Below are positions 9,818 through 20,153 of a stretch of DNA of 64,000 nt, one piece after another (position 1 is the stretch's first letter; each line of letters begins with the position of its first letter). The stretch is from an uncultured Ruminococcus sp. (lineage in GTDB: Bacteria; Bacillota; Clostridia; CAKSNL01; HGM11501): the NCBI GenBank assembly GCA_964466295.1, contig CAYXRC010000007.1:26786-90785 (forward strand). The letters run 5' to 3'. Under the pieces are notes generated by a model. It did not search any database. It saw only the letters and a program-made list of their open reading frames with translations, and was not told the origin of the DNA. Made by a program: the position numbers and the translations under genes.

Positions 9818-10261
9818 ATGAAAAAGAATAAAAGAGAAAAAATTTTTGCCGCCGTGCTTTTGCTTTCTTTGGCGTTTTGTGTTGTCAGCAACGGTGCGGT
9901 GGGCTCTGACGACGATCCGCTTATATCTTTAAGCTATATCACCAATGTTGTGATGCCGTATATTGACAACGCCGTTTCTTCGGCGCCGGCAAGCGGCTTT
10001 AGCGTAGTGGAGGTGCCCGATGGCAGGTCATTAAGCGCAGGTGAGGGAACGGAGCTTATATTAAGAAGCGGAGAAGGAACTGTTTTGCTGTCAAAAACCG
10101 CCTCCGGAGGATTTACCGATGTTACCGATGGAAGAGATGTAGGTGACGGAGAAAGGGTTTCCTCCAATCATCACCTTATATGCCCGAGAAGCGACGGAAG
10201 AAGCATAAAGGCTAAAGGCACTGTCTATATGATGGTAAAAGGCGTATATGAAATTAAATAA
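9818..10261 (+). CDS. hypothetical secreted protein (signal peptide; Gly/Ser/Asp-rich)
   Basis: The 147-aa ORF starts MKKNKREKIFAAVLLLSLAFCVVSNGAVG, a signal peptide. The RBS is GGAAGGGAAC. It lies directly upstream of the spoIID-like gene. Confidence 0.5.
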   Translation: MKKNKREKIFAAVLLLSLAFCVVSNGAVGSDDDPLISLSYITNVVMPYIDNAVSSAPASGFSVVEVPDGRSLSAGEGTELILRSGEGTVLLSKTASGGFTDVTDGRDVGDGERVSSNHHLICPRSDGRSIKAKGTVYMMVKGVYEIK

Positions 10262-10286
10262 CGGGCGGCAAGGGGAGAAGCAAATC

Positions 10287-11543
10287 ATGAAAAATATTTT
10301 TTTTGCCGCAGCCGTTTTCCTTGTTATGATGTGCTCGGTGATTTTTGCCGCAGATATTCCGTATACGGTAAGAATAGGAATAAATGCGTCAAGTCCTTCG
10401 TCTTTAGTAAAGCTTACCTCAGATACCGGAATATATACATATTCAAATTTTGCCGCCGGTGACTCAGGCGGCGAGGGACCTTACTTAATAGACCAAAGTG
10501 TTACCGTTACCATCTCGGATAGCGGTACGCTTTGCTGTAACGGAATAGATTCCGGTGAAACACAGCTTGACTTTTTTAAGGCGTCGGAATTTATAACGTG
10601 CGACGGCCGGCTTTACCGCGGCGATATAAGGCTTATGGTGAAAAACGGCGGAATACTTATAGTTAATATAGTAAAAACCGACGAATACCTTTACGGTGTT
10701 GTGGGGCGTGAGATGTCGGAGGGATTTCCGATAGAGGCACTTAAGGCTCAGGCGGTTGCCGCAAGAAATTACATGGTAATTTCCATGGGCAGACACTCCT
10801 TTGAGGGCTTTGACCTTTGCAACGGAGTTCACTGTCAGGCGTACGGGGCGGTCGCAAGCGAGGGTGAAAAGGTCAAAAAGGCGGTGGACGAAACCTCGGG
10901 CAAGCTTCTTTTATATAAGGGTGCGCCGGTGCAGTGCTATTATTATTCCTCCAACGGGGGGTACAGTGAAAACAGCGAAAACGTATGGGTAGCCGAGCTT
11001 GGTTATCTTAAGGGTAAAAAAGACCCTTTTGAGCAGGCAGATAGGATTAATGGCTATAACTGGAGCGTTACCTTTACCGCCTCCGAAATAAAAAATACGC
11101 TCGCCCAAAGAAATATAGATATTGGGGACATAAAGGATGTCAAAGTAACAGAATATTCTGAAAATAATCACGCCTTAGAGCTTTTAATAACCGGAACGGC
11201 AGGCACTAAAAGCTATTACAAGGACAATATAAGAGCGGCAATGCCTAAAGGGCTTAAAAGCACTCTTTTCACTGTGGAAAAAAGCGGCGGAGAAACATAT
11301 TCCAAGGTTCTTACCGCAAACGGACTTATTTCTGTTGTAACGCCGGATTCCGACGTTCTTTCGGGCAATGGTAGGGTGCATATCGGCGGAGGCTCAGAGG
11401 AGATAAGCTTTACCTTCAAAGGAAGCGGAAACGGACACGGCGTGGGAATGAGTCAGTACGGAGCTATGTTTATGGCGGAGCAAGGTTATTCCTACATTGA
11501 TATATTAAAATTTTACTTTACGGATACGGAGATAGCAGACTGA
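10287..11543 (+). CDS. spoIID: SpoIID/LytB-domain protein (stage II sporulation protein D family)
   Basis: The start is chosen at MKNIFF, preceded by GGGGAG. A signal/TM segment is present. The C-terminal SpoIID-family signature ...[13 protein letters not shown]... is present. Confidence 0.8.
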   Translation: MKNIFFAAAVFLVMMCSVIFAADIPYTVRIGINASSPSSLVKLTSDTGIYTYSNFAAGDSGGEGPYLIDQSVTVTISDSGTLCCNGIDSGETQLDFFKASEFITCDGRLYRGDIRLMVKNGGILIVNIVKTDEYLYGVVGREMSEGFPIEALKAQAVAARNYMVISMGRHSFEGFDLCNGVHCQAYGAVASEGEKVKKAVDETSGKLLLYKGAPVQCYYYSSNGGYSENSENVWVAELGYLKGKKDPFEQADRINGYNWSVTFTASEIKNTLAQRNIDIGDIKDVKVTEYSENNHALELLITGTAGTKSYYKDNIRAAMPKGLKSTLFTVEKSGGETYSKVLTANGLISVVTPDSDVLSGNGRVHIGGGSEEISFTFKGSGNGHGVGMSQYGAMFMAEQGYSYIDILKFYFTDTEIAD

Positions 11544-12571
11544 TGAAATTAGAGGAATTTGATTACGATTTGCCGAAGGAATTTATCGCACAGGAGCCTT
11601 TAAAGGATAGAGCGGCGGCAAAGCTTATGGTTTTGTCAAAGGAAACCGGAGAAATAAGCCACAGGATTTTTAGGGATATTGCGGATATGATAAATCCCGG
11701 CGACTGTCTTGTGCTGAACGATACGAAGGTAATTCCGGCACGTCTTATAGGCACAAAGGAAAAGACCGGCGGCGCAATAGAAATGCTTTTATTAAAAAGA
11801 ATAAATACCACAGACTGGGAGGTTGCCTTAAAGCCCGGAAAGCGTGCCAAAGAGGGAGCAAGGTTTGAGTTTGGCAAAAAAGGCGAGCTTAGAGCTGAGA
11901 TATTAAGTATAGTCGAGGGCGGAAACCGAATGGTAAGATTTGAATATGAAGGGCTTTTTGAGAATGTGCTTGATAAGCTCGGTCAGATTCCGCTTCCCGG
12001 GTACATAACAAAAGAGCTTGGCGATAAGACCATGTATCAGACGGTATACGCTAAATATGACGGAAGTGCCGCGGCACCCACAGCAGGACTGCATTTTACA
12101 GAGGAGCTTTTGGATAAAATTCGCGCTAAAGGCGCAGATACCGCCTTTGTGACTCTGCATGTGGGACTTGGCACCTTCAGACCGGTAAAGACCGAAAATA
12201 TCGAGGAACATAAAATGCATTCCGAGCATTTTCAGATAAGCGATGAAGCCGCCGAAAAAATAAACCGAGCCCGCAAAAACGGAAAAAGGGTCATTGCGGT
12301 CGGCACAACCTCATGCAGAACATTAGAATCGGCGGCAGACTCTGACGGCTTTGTAGCACCCTGTGAAATGGATACAAGCATATTTATCTATCCGGGCTAT
12401 AAATTTAAGGCGGTAGATGCGCTTGTTACAAATTTTCATTTGCCAAAATCCACTCTCATGATGCTTATATCCGCATTCTGCGGCAGGGACAAGGTTATGA
12501 ATGCTTATGAGGAGGCAAAGGAAAACGGTTATAGATTTTTCAGCTTCGGCGATGCGATGTTTATTTTATAA
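11543..12571 (+). CDS. queA: S-adenosylmethionine:tRNA ribosyltransferase-isomerase
   Basis: The 342-aa product is a full-length QueA-like protein. It forms a queA-tgt pair. Confidence 0.92.
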   Translation: MKLEEFDYDLPKEFIAQEPLKDRAAAKLMVLSKETGEISHRIFRDIADMINPGDCLVLNDTKVIPARLIGTKEKTGGAIEMLLLKRINTTDWEVALKPGKRAKEGARFEFGKKGELRAEILSIVEGGNRMVRFEYEGLFENVLDKLGQIPLPGYITKELGDKTMYQTVYAKYDGSAAAPTAGLHFTEELLDKIRAKGADTAFVTLHVGLGTFRPVKTENIEEHKMHSEHFQISDEAAEKINRARKNGKRVIAVGTTSCRTLESAADSDGFVAPCEMDTSIFIYPGYKFKAVDALVTNFHLPKSTLMMLISAFCGRDKVMNAYEEAKENGYRFFSFGDAMFIL

Positions 12572-12598
12572 AATTTTACTCATAGAAAGAGGAGCTAA

Positions 12599-13729
12599 AT
12601 GTTTGAACTTTTAAAGCAGGAAAAAAGGGCAAGACGCGGACGGTTTACCACTCCCCACGGCACGGTGGAAACTCCGGTATTTATGAATGTGGGAACATCT
12701 GCGGCAATAAAGGGCGGTCTTGATGCAAAAGACCTTAAGGAGCTTGGCTGTCAGGTTGAGCTTTCAAACACATACCATCTGCATGTACGCCCGGGAGATG
12801 ACGTAGTATACGAAATGGGCGGCATACGGAAATTTATGGGATGGGACGGACCTGTGCTTACCGACAGCGGAGGCTTTCAGGTTTTTTCTTTGGCGGATTT
12901 AAGAAAGATAAAGGAAGAGGGAGTGTCTTTTAAATCCCATATCGACGGCAGACCAATATTTATGGGGCCGGAGGAAAGCATGAGAATTCAGTCCAATCTT
13001 GCGTCTACCATTGCCATGGCCTTTGACGAGTGCATTGAAAATCCGTCCCCGTACGAATATGTAAAAGCTTCAATTGAAAGAACCACCAGATGGCTATATA
13101 GATGCAAAAAGGAGCTTTCACGGCTAAACAGCCTTCCCGAAACCATAAATAAGGAGCAGATGCTTTTTGGCATAAATCAGGGCGGAACTTATCCGGACCT
13201 TAGAATCGAGCATATGAAGGCAATAGCCTCTCTTGACCTTCCCGGCTACGCAATAGGCGGTCTTGCCGTCGGAGAAACGGCAGAAGAGATGTATGAAATT
13301 ATAGAAACGGTAGAGCCCTATATGCCTAAGGACAGACCCAGGTATCTTATGGGAGTGGGAACGCCGGAAAATATAATAGAGGCGGTTTGGCGGGGAGTGG
13401 ACTTTTTTGACTGCGTAATGCCGTCGAGAAATGCACGACACGGGCTTTTATTTACAAGCCGGGGGATAGTAAATTTAAATAATAACAAATATTTAAAGGA
13501 TAGCTCCCCCATTGACCCGGACTGCAATTGTCCGGCATGCCGGCACCATTCAAGGGGCTATATAAGGCACCTTCTTAAGGCTAAGGAAATGCTGGGAATG
13601 CGCCTTTGCGTTCAGCATAACATATATTTTTACAACAAGCTTATGACGGATATAAGAAAAGCCTTAGACGAGGACAGATTTGAAAGCTTCAGGGCGGAAA
13701 AAATTCCCCTATACACCCAAAGAGTGTAA
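12599..13729 (+). CDS. tgt: queuine tRNA-ribosyltransferase
   Basis: The 376-aa product carries the Tgt motifs (VFMNVGT; the LTDSGGFQ active-site Asp; the Zn site CxCxxC...H as CNCPACRHHSRGY). Confidence 0.93.
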   Translation: MFELLKQEKRARRGRFTTPHGTVETPVFMNVGTSAAIKGGLDAKDLKELGCQVELSNTYHLHVRPGDDVVYEMGGIRKFMGWDGPVLTDSGGFQVFSLADLRKIKEEGVSFKSHIDGRPIFMGPEESMRIQSNLASTIAMAFDECIENPSPYEYVKASIERTTRWLYRCKKELSRLNSLPETINKEQMLFGINQGGTYPDLRIEHMKAIASLDLPGYAIGGLAVGETAEEMYEIIETVEPYMPKDRPRYLMGVGTPENIIEAVWRGVDFFDCVMPSRNARHGLLFTSRGIVNLNNNKYLKDSSPIDPDCNCPACRHHSRGYIRHLLKAKEMLGMRLCVQHNIYFYNKLMTDIRKALDEDRFESFRAEKIPLYTQRV

Positions 13730-13798
13730 AAAACTATTGCAAATATGAAAAAAGTAGGTTATAATATTGAATAACATAAAAAACGGAGGTAATAAATT

Positions 13799-14134
13799 AT
13801 GATGAACATTTATGCAGCGCCCGAAACGGCCGCAAGCGGTGCTCCCGCAGGCTCGGGCTGGTCAAGCCTTATAATTATGGTTGCGATATTTGCGGTATTT
13901 TATTTCGTACTTATCGTACCTCAGAAAAAGCAGGAGAAAAAACAGCGCCAGATGATCGACGCATTAAGACCCGGAGATGAGGTTATTACCATAGGCGGCG
14001 TTTACGGAAAGATTCAGACGGTTAAGGACGATTATGTAGTGCTTGAATCCACGGCAGACAAGACAAAGATTAAGTTTGCAAAGTCTTCTATCAGCAAGTG
14101 TCTTACCACCCATGACGACGAGCCTGAAAAATAA
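13799..14134 (+). CDS. yajC: preprotein translocase subunit YajC
   Basis: A 111-aa protein with a single TM helix and the YajC core (QKKQ...IDALRPGDEVITIGGVYGKI). It lies upstream of secDF. Confidence 0.85.
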   Translation: MMNIYAAPETAASGAPAGSGWSSLIIMVAIFAVFYFVLIVPQKKQEKKQRQMIDALRPGDEVITIGGVYGKIQTVKDDYVVLESTADKTKIKFAKSSISKCLTTHDDEPEK

Positions 14135-14188
14135 TTAAGTATAAAATAAGCCTTCCTTGAATAAATATATATCAGGGGAGGTTTTTTT

Positions 14189-14602
14189 ATGGCTGAAAAG
14201 GAAAAAGAGGAAAAAACCTTATTTATATACTGTACGCTTAAAAGCTTACTTACGGCGCTTTTATTGACCGCACTGCTTCTTTTGATAATATCAGCGGTAT
14301 ATCTTGCCGCCGATATAAAAGAGGAAGCCTGCCGCGCACTTATTACAGCGAGCGCAGTTTTTTCGGTATTTTTATCCTCTGTATTTGGAGGACGGAGAAT
14401 AAGAAAGCAGGGTATATTCTTAGGTGCGGCTAACGGAATACTTTACACCCTGGTTTTATATTTAACCGGCTTTTTAGCGTTCGGGTTTCCCGGAATGGGA
14501 AAGGGTGTTATAGCAACTGCGGCACTCTCTGCTCTCGCCGGGGCCTTAGGCGGTATAATAGGAGTAAATATCAGGGCAAAAAATGCAAAGAGGCGTCGGT
14601 AG
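14189..14602 (+). CDS. hypothetical small integral membrane protein (3-4 TM)
   Basis: A 137-aa hydrophobic ORF between yajC and secD, with an RBS of GGGGAGG. Confidence 0.5.
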   Translation: MAEKEKEEKTLFIYCTLKSLLTALLLTALLLLIISAVYLAADIKEEACRALITASAVFSVFLSSVFGGRRIRKQGIFLGAANGILYTLVLYLTGFLAFGFPGMGKGVIATAALSALAGALGGIIGVNIRAKNAKRRR

Positions 14603-14613
14603 AAAAGTATAAA

Positions 14614-14650
14614 AAAAGAAGGATTTTAAGTAAAATCCTTCTTTTTTGAC
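14614..14650 (+). terminator. rho-independent terminator
   Basis: AAAAAAGAAGGATTTT-AAGT-AAAATCCTTCTTTTTT. Confidence 0.75.
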
Positions 14651-14733
14651 TGCATTTTAGAAAATTTAGGTTGACTTAGCCCATTTTAAGAGATATAATA
14701 GATATGCTATACATTTTTTAAGGAGGAAAAAGC

Positions 14734-16038
14734 ATGAGAGCAAAAAACATTATCGCATTTCTGCTGATTGCCGCCGTCATATTTATGGCGTGTTTCGTTT
14801 GCGTGTTCGACGTAACGATCGGCGATTACAGATTCCCGGATGCTCTTGATGAGGAGTACGGTATTAAGCAGGGTCTCGACCTTGTAGGCGGCTCGCTTAT
14901 CGAATTTAAGGCGGAGGACGGCGTAAATCCCACTCCCGAACAGATGGAAACGGTTACATCGGTTATGAGAAACCGTCTTGACAGCCAGAGCTATTTTGAC
15001 GCTACGGTGGCAGTTCAGGGCGAAGAAACCGTAAGAATTGAAATTCCCAACATAGACGACCCTTCCGAAGCGGTTGAACTTTTAGGGTCTACCGCCCAGC
15101 TTACCTTCAGAGATTACGAGGGCAATGTTCTTATGGAGGGTACCGAGGAATACGTAAAGAATGCACAGATGCAGTACGGTCAGGTTTCGGAAACCGGCGG
15201 CTCACAGTATTTCGTATCTTTAGAGCTTACCGATAAGGGTCGGATCGCATTCCGTGACGCTACAAGCACTGTTTTGGGCTATCAGGCGGAGGATAACAAA
15301 TATATCGCAATTTACCTTGACGAGGAAGCTGTATCAAAGCCCAGAGTTTCTGAGGTTATAGACGATGACAGCTGCGTCATAACCGGTAATTTCGATAAAG
15401 ACAGCGCAAGCACTCTTGCGGCGCAGATAAGAAGCGGACAGCTTCCCTTTAAGCTTGAGGTTGCACAGCTTCAGAGCGTAGGTCCTACCCTCGGTGAAGA
15501 AGCGTTGTCCAAAAGCCTTATAGCCGGCGGTATAGGCATACTTATGGTTATAATCTTTATGATTGCCATATACAGACTTTCCGGCGTTGTGGCTTCAATC
15601 TGCCTTTGCGCGTATACAAACCTTGTTGTAATTATTCTTATAAGACTCGGAGCGACGCTTACTCTTTCCGGTATTGCGGGACTTGTTCTTTCAATAGGTA
15701 TGGCGGTTGACGCCGACTGTATTATATTCGAGCGTCTTAAGGAGGAATTAAGAACAGGTAAGACTGTCGGAGCGTCTATTGATGCGGCCTTTAACCGTGC
15801 TATGATAACTATTTTTGACGCCAATATTACGACCATGATAGCCGCAGTAGTGCTTTATATGTTCGGAACAGGCTCAATAAAGGGCTTTGCCGTTACTCTC
15901 GGCGTAGGTACCTTGGTAAGCTTCTTTACGGCGATAGTTCTTGCCAAGATAATAATGAAGCTTATTGTAAAAGGATTTGGTGTAAAGAGTTCCGGCTGGT
16001 TCGGAGTGAAAAGGGGTGCTGTAAATGAAACAGTTTAA
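14734..16038 (+). CDS. secD: protein translocase subunit SecD
   Basis: The 434-aa product has an N-terminal TM helix, a periplasmic domain and a C-terminal 6-TM RND-like bundle. It overlaps secF. Confidence 0.92.
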   Translation: MRAKNIIAFLLIAAVIFMACFVCVFDVTIGDYRFPDALDEEYGIKQGLDLVGGSLIEFKAEDGVNPTPEQMETVTSVMRNRLDSQSYFDATVAVQGEETVRIEIPNIDDPSEAVELLGSTAQLTFRDYEGNVLMEGTEEYVKNAQMQYGQVSETGGSQYFVSLELTDKGRIAFRDATSTVLGYQAEDNKYIAIYLDEEAVSKPRVSEVIDDDSCVITGNFDKDSASTLAAQIRSGQLPFKLEVAQLQSVGPTLGEEALSKSLIAGGIGILMVIIFMIAIYRLSGVVASICLCAYTNLVVIILIRLGATLTLSGIAGLVLSIGMAVDADCIIFERLKEELRTGKTVGASIDAAFNRAMITIFDANITTMIAAVVLYMFGTGSIKGFAVTLGVGTLVSFFTAIVLAKIIMKLIVKGFGVKSSGWFGVKRGAVNETV

Positions 16039-17002
16039 GTATACTCAGAAAAGCAAATTTTTTGCTCTCGTATCTTTGGTGCTCATAATTGCCGGAGTTA
16101 TAGGGCTTTTGATAAACGGCGGTCTTTCCTACGGCATTGATTTCACCGGCGGTACAAATATCCAGGTAGATATGCAGGGCGCAGAGTTTTCAACAGACGA
16201 TATTGAAGCGGTTGTTTCCGAAGCTATTGGCGGAGCGGACGTTCAGGCTCAGCTTTTAGACGGCGGAAAATCGGTAACTATAAAGACCGTTGAACTTTCA
16301 ACTTATGCCGAAAACGGCGAAGAAAGCGAAGTTGACAGCGTTTTTTCCGCCCTCGAGGACAAGTATAATATAACGATTCCGGCAAGCGAGCGTAACGTTA
16401 CGACTATCGGCGAAGCTACAAGCAAGAAAATACTCACCGACTCTATGTATGCGATAATCATCGCAGTTGCGCTGATGCTTTTATACATCACCGTAAGATT
16501 TGAGTTCTTGTCCGGCGTTTCAGCGGTAGTGGGACTTATTCACAATATCGTTATAATGATAGGCTTCTATGCACTGTTTAAGATTCCCGTAAACAACTCC
16601 TTTGTTGCGGCGGTCCTTACAATAGTCGGGTATTCCATAAACAATACCATTGTAATTTTTGACCGTGTACGTGAAAACGTAAGGAAAAATAAAAATGCGT
16701 CCTACGAGGAAATTGCCGATACAAGTATAAAGCAGTCCTTGAACAGAACTATTAACAGCTCTATAACAACGCTTCTTACTATAGGTATGCTTTATATTCT
16801 CGGCGTAAATTCCATAAGGGAATTTGCTCTTCCGATAATCGTAGGTATTATCGCAGGAACCTATGCGTCTATATTCCTCTGCGCTCCTCTTTGGGTTAAG
16901 ATGAAGGAAGCGGCGGCAAAACACAGAAGAAATAAGATTGCAAATAAAAAGACTCCCGGAAAGAAAAAATATGAGGGAGCGCCCAAAAAGAATCAGGACT
17001 AA
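16025..17002 (+). CDS. secF: protein translocase subunit SecF
   Basis: A 325-aa protein with the SecF topology. Its start overlaps secD. Confidence 0.92.
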   Translation: MKQFKYTQKSKFFALVSLVLIIAGVIGLLINGGLSYGIDFTGGTNIQVDMQGAEFSTDDIEAVVSEAIGGADVQAQLLDGGKSVTIKTVELSTYAENGEESEVDSVFSALEDKYNITIPASERNVTTIGEATSKKILTDSMYAIIIAVALMLLYITVRFEFLSGVSAVVGLIHNIVIMIGFYALFKIPVNNSFVAAVLTIVGYSINNTIVIFDRVRENVRKNKNASYEEIADTSIKQSLNRTINSSITTLLTIGMLYILGVNSIREFALPIIVGIIAGTYASIFLCAPLWVKMKEAAAKHRRNKIANKKTPGKKKYEGAPKKNQD

Positions 17003-17005
17003 AAA

Positions 17006-17038
17006 AACGGCAGACGCATTTTGCGTCCGCCGTTTTTG
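17006..17038. terminator. bidirectional terminator between secF and the convergent alcohol dehydrogenase gene
   Basis: AAAAAACGGCAGACGCA-TTT-TGCGTCCGCCGTTTTTG. Confidence 0.7.
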
Positions 17039-17062
17039 TCATTGAAATTAGCCTTTAATATT

Positions 17063-18211
17063 TTATATTAAGGCTTCGTAAAGCTTTGTAATTTCCTCAA
17101 CGCTTGTATCCTTAGGATTGCCCGGTCTGCAGGCATCGTCGAATGCTGACTTGGCAAGGAAAGGAATATCCTCTCTCTTTACGATTTCCTTTAGGTTTTC
17201 AGGAATCCCCACGTCGGAGGAGAGCTTTCTTACCGCATCTACCGCAGCCTTTCTGTATTCGTCCTGACTCATTGACTCGGTGCCTTCGACGCCCATGGCT
17301 TTTGCGATATATTTATACTTGTCGCCGGTAGCCGGAGCGTTATACTCCATAACAGTTGGAAGAATTATGGCATTTGCGACGCCGTGGGGAGTGTTGTAAA
17401 GTGCTCCTAAGGGATGCGCCATTGAGTGCACTATGCCAAGACCGACGTTGGAAAAGCCCATGCCGGCAACATACTGTCCCAGCGCCATGCCTTCACGTCC
17501 CTCGGGCGTATTTTTAACAGCTCCTCTTAAATTGTTTGATATAATCTCAATTGCCTTAAGATGGAACATATCGGAAAGCTCCCATGCTCCCTTGGTGATG
17601 TAGCCCTCAATTGCGTGAGTGAGCGCATCCATGCCGGTAGCGGCAGTAAGAGAAGGAGGCATGCTTGACATCATATCGGGATCTACAACGGCGATAACCG
17701 GAATGTCGTGAACGTCAACGCAGACCATTTTGCGGCTTTTTTCCTCATCGGTTATAACATAGTTTATCGTTACCTCGGCGGCAGTGCCGGCGGTTGTCGG
17801 AACAGCTATAATCGGAACGGACTTTCTTTTTGTGGGAGCAACTCCCTCAAGGCTTCTTACGTCGGCAAATTCGGGATTTTCGATTATAATTCCGATAGCC
17901 TTTGAGGTGTCCATTGCCGAGCCGCCTCCGACGGCGATAAGAGCGTCGGCGCCGCTATCTTTAAAAGCTTGAACGCCGTCCTTAACATTGGTTATTGTGG
18001 GGTTTGCCTGGATTTTTGAGAAAACCGAATAGGGAATGGCTTCACGGTCTAAAATATCTGTCACCTTATTCGTTACTTTGAATTTCAAAAGATCCGGGTC
18101 TGTCACAACAAGGATTTTCTTAAATCCTCTTGCCTTTATTTCGGCCGGAATTGAGTTTACGGCACCCGCACCGTGATACGAGGTTTCATTTAGAACAAAT
18201 CTGTTTACCAT
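17063..18211 (-). CDS. iron-containing (group III) alcohol dehydrogenase, FucO/DhaT-like
   Basis: The 382-aa product has the Fe-ADH signatures (GGGSAMDTSKA; the His cluster ...HAIEGY...HSMAHPLG...HGVANA). Confidence 0.88.
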   Translation of the reverse strand: MVNRFVLNETSYHGAGAVNSIPAEIKARGFKKILVVTDPDLLKFKVTNKVTDILDREAIPYSVFSKIQANPTITNVKDGVQAFKDSGADALIAVGGGSAMDTSKAIGIIIENPEFADVRSLEGVAPTKRKSVPIIAVPTTAGTAAEVTINYVITDEEKSRKMVCVDVHDIPVIAVVDPDMMSSMPPSLTAATGMDALTHAIEGYITKGAWELSDMFHLKAIEIISNNLRGAVKNTPEGREGMALGQYVAGMGFSNVGLGIVHSMAHPLGALYNTPHGVANAIILPTVMEYNAPATGDKYKYIAKAMGVEGTESMSQDEYRKAAVDAVRKLSSDVGIPENLKEIVKREDIPFLAKSAFDDACRPGNPKDTSVEEITKLYEALI

Positions 18212-18349
18212 ATTAACAACTCCTTTTTATATTTTGGGCTTTTTGCTAAACCCTACACCTTCATATTAAAACAAATTCTCAAACGTGTCAACATATAAAA
18301 GTAAATAAAATGTAAAAAGTAAAAAAGCATGTACAGATTTTGCCCGTAC

Positions 18350-18377
18350 TTGACAATTTCAATAAGTATGATATAAT
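18350..18377 (+). promoter_or_regulatory. sigma-A promoter for the GH13 gene
   Basis: TTGACA (18350-18355), a 16-nt spacer, and an extended -10 TGaTATAAT (18369-18377). Confidence 0.55.
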
Positions 18378-18474
18378 TAATCAAAAGTGCGTAAGGAAAA
18401 TATAGCCTAAAGCGCTTTATAAAGAAATTAATTTCATATTTTATATGTGACATGATTTTAAGGAGGGTGTTTTT

Positions 18475-20073
18475 ATGCTTACAAAAAGACAGGAAGAATT
18501 TTACGACTGGATATTTTATCAAATTTATCCGAGAAGCTTTATGGATTCAAACAAAGACGGAATCGGCGATTTAAACGGTATCACCGAAAAATTGGACTAT
18601 CTTAAAGATTTGGGAGTTAACGCCGTCTGGCTTTCTCCGTGCTATAAAAGCCCCAATGACGATAACGGCTATGATATATCCGATTATTGCGATATTATGG
18701 ACGAGTTCGGCACGATGGACGATTGGAAACGAATGATAAACGAGATGCATAAACGGGGCATAAAATTGATTATGGATTTTGTCGCCAATCATACCTCGTC
18801 AGAGCACAGATGGTTTAAGGAGGCGAGAAAATCCAAGGATAACCCCTACCGTGATTATTATTTCTGGGCGGATGAGCCTTTAAACGACTGGAAATGCGCA
18901 TTCGGCGGCTCTGCGTGGGAATATGATGAAACGACCAATCAGTATTATCTTCACTCTTATGCAGTAAGTCAGCCGGACTTAAACTGGGATAATCCCAAGG
19001 TAAGGGAGGAGATGGTTAAGGTTGTTGATTTTTGGGTAGACCTGGGTGTTGACGGCTTCCGCTGCGATGTACTTGACCAGATTTCAAAGGATTTTGAAAA
19101 GAATATGGATAGGAACGGACCGCATCTTCATGAGTACATAAGACTTCTTTTCGGCAGAGAAAAAACGAAACACCTCTTCACGGTCGGCGAATGCTGGGGA
19201 GCGGACGAGAAAAATATAAAAGACCTTGTGGACGGCAGCAGAGGAGAGCTGTCTGCGGTATTCAATTTTGAGCATGCTACTTTAGGGTTTTGCGGCAGCA
19301 AATTTAACCCGGTGAAATTTTCTTTGGACAATTTGAGAGACGTTTTGGTAAAATGGCAGAATATAATGCAGAAAAACGAGCTTTTATATACGCTGTTTCT
19401 TGAAAATCACGACTTGCCCCGCTCTGTTTCAAAGTTTGGAAACGTCAGGGATAAAAGGTATGAATCGGCAACAATGCTTGCGACAATGATGTATATGCAA
19501 AAGGGAGTACCGTTTATTTATCAGGGACAGGAAATCGGCGTAACAAATGATGTTTCCGACAAAATAGAGGACTTTAACGATATTGAAACGATAAACTACT
19601 ATAATGAAAATAAAGATAAAAAATCCCATGAAGAGCTGATGGCGGGCATTAATTACTCGAGCCGTGACCATGCAAGACATCCCATGCCCTGGAACGGCAA
19701 TAAGGATTCGGGCTTCGGCAGTGACAAGCCCTGGATGGGAATATATAAAGGGCACGAGGAAATTAATGTTGAGAGCGATATAAAGAGCGAAAAGTCAATC
19801 CATGAATTTTATCAGAAGCTTATTAATATAAGAAAGAATTCAAATGCCATACGTCACGGACTTTATGAGGATATGACAAATGGGGGAAAGGGCTTTTATA
19901 TCTATAGACGTAAAGACGCTGATGAGGAGCTTTGGATAATCTGTAATTTTGAAAACGAAAGCGATATAAAGCTTGATATTAAAGGCGAAATCCTCCTTAC
20001 GAACTTAAAAAGACGCAACATAAGCGGAGTGTATGCTCCTTATGAATGTGCGGTTGTAAGGATAGTCCGCTAA
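18475..20073 (+). CDS. glycoside hydrolase family 13 alpha-glucosidase / oligo-1,6-glucosidase-like
   Basis: The 532-aa product carries the GH13 conserved regions (DGIGDLNGI; GVNAVWLSP; GFRCDV catalytic Asp; EHD...). Confidence 0.9.
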   Translation: MLTKRQEEFYDWIFYQIYPRSFMDSNKDGIGDLNGITEKLDYLKDLGVNAVWLSPCYKSPNDDNGYDISDYCDIMDEFGTMDDWKRMINEMHKRGIKLIMDFVANHTSSEHRWFKEARKSKDNPYRDYYFWADEPLNDWKCAFGGSAWEYDETTNQYYLHSYAVSQPDLNWDNPKVREEMVKVVDFWVDLGVDGFRCDVLDQISKDFEKNMDRNGPHLHEYIRLLFGREKTKHLFTVGECWGADEKNIKDLVDGSRGELSAVFNFEHATLGFCGSKFNPVKFSLDNLRDVLVKWQNIMQKNELLYTLFLENHDLPRSVSKFGNVRDKRYESATMLATMMYMQKGVPFIYQGQEIGVTNDVSDKIEDFNDIETINYYNENKDKKSHEELMAGINYSSRDHARHPMPWNGNKDSGFGSDKPWMGIYKGHEEINVESDIKSEKSIHEFYQKLINIRKNSNAIRHGLYEDMTNGGKGFYIYRRKDADEELWIICNFENESDIKLDIKGEILLTNLKRRNISGVYAPYECAVVRIVR

Positions 20074-20102
20074 AAAATAAAGGCTTGTAAGGATTATAAA
20101 AA

Positions 20103-20142
20103 GAACAAAAAGTCCCCGTTCAACCTTGAACGGGGACTTTTT
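20103..20142. terminator. bidirectional rho-independent terminator
   Basis: AAAAAGTCCCCGTTCAA-CC-TTGAACGGGGACTTTTTG. It serves convergent genes. Confidence 0.8.
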
Positions 20143-20153
20143 GTTCTTGTACG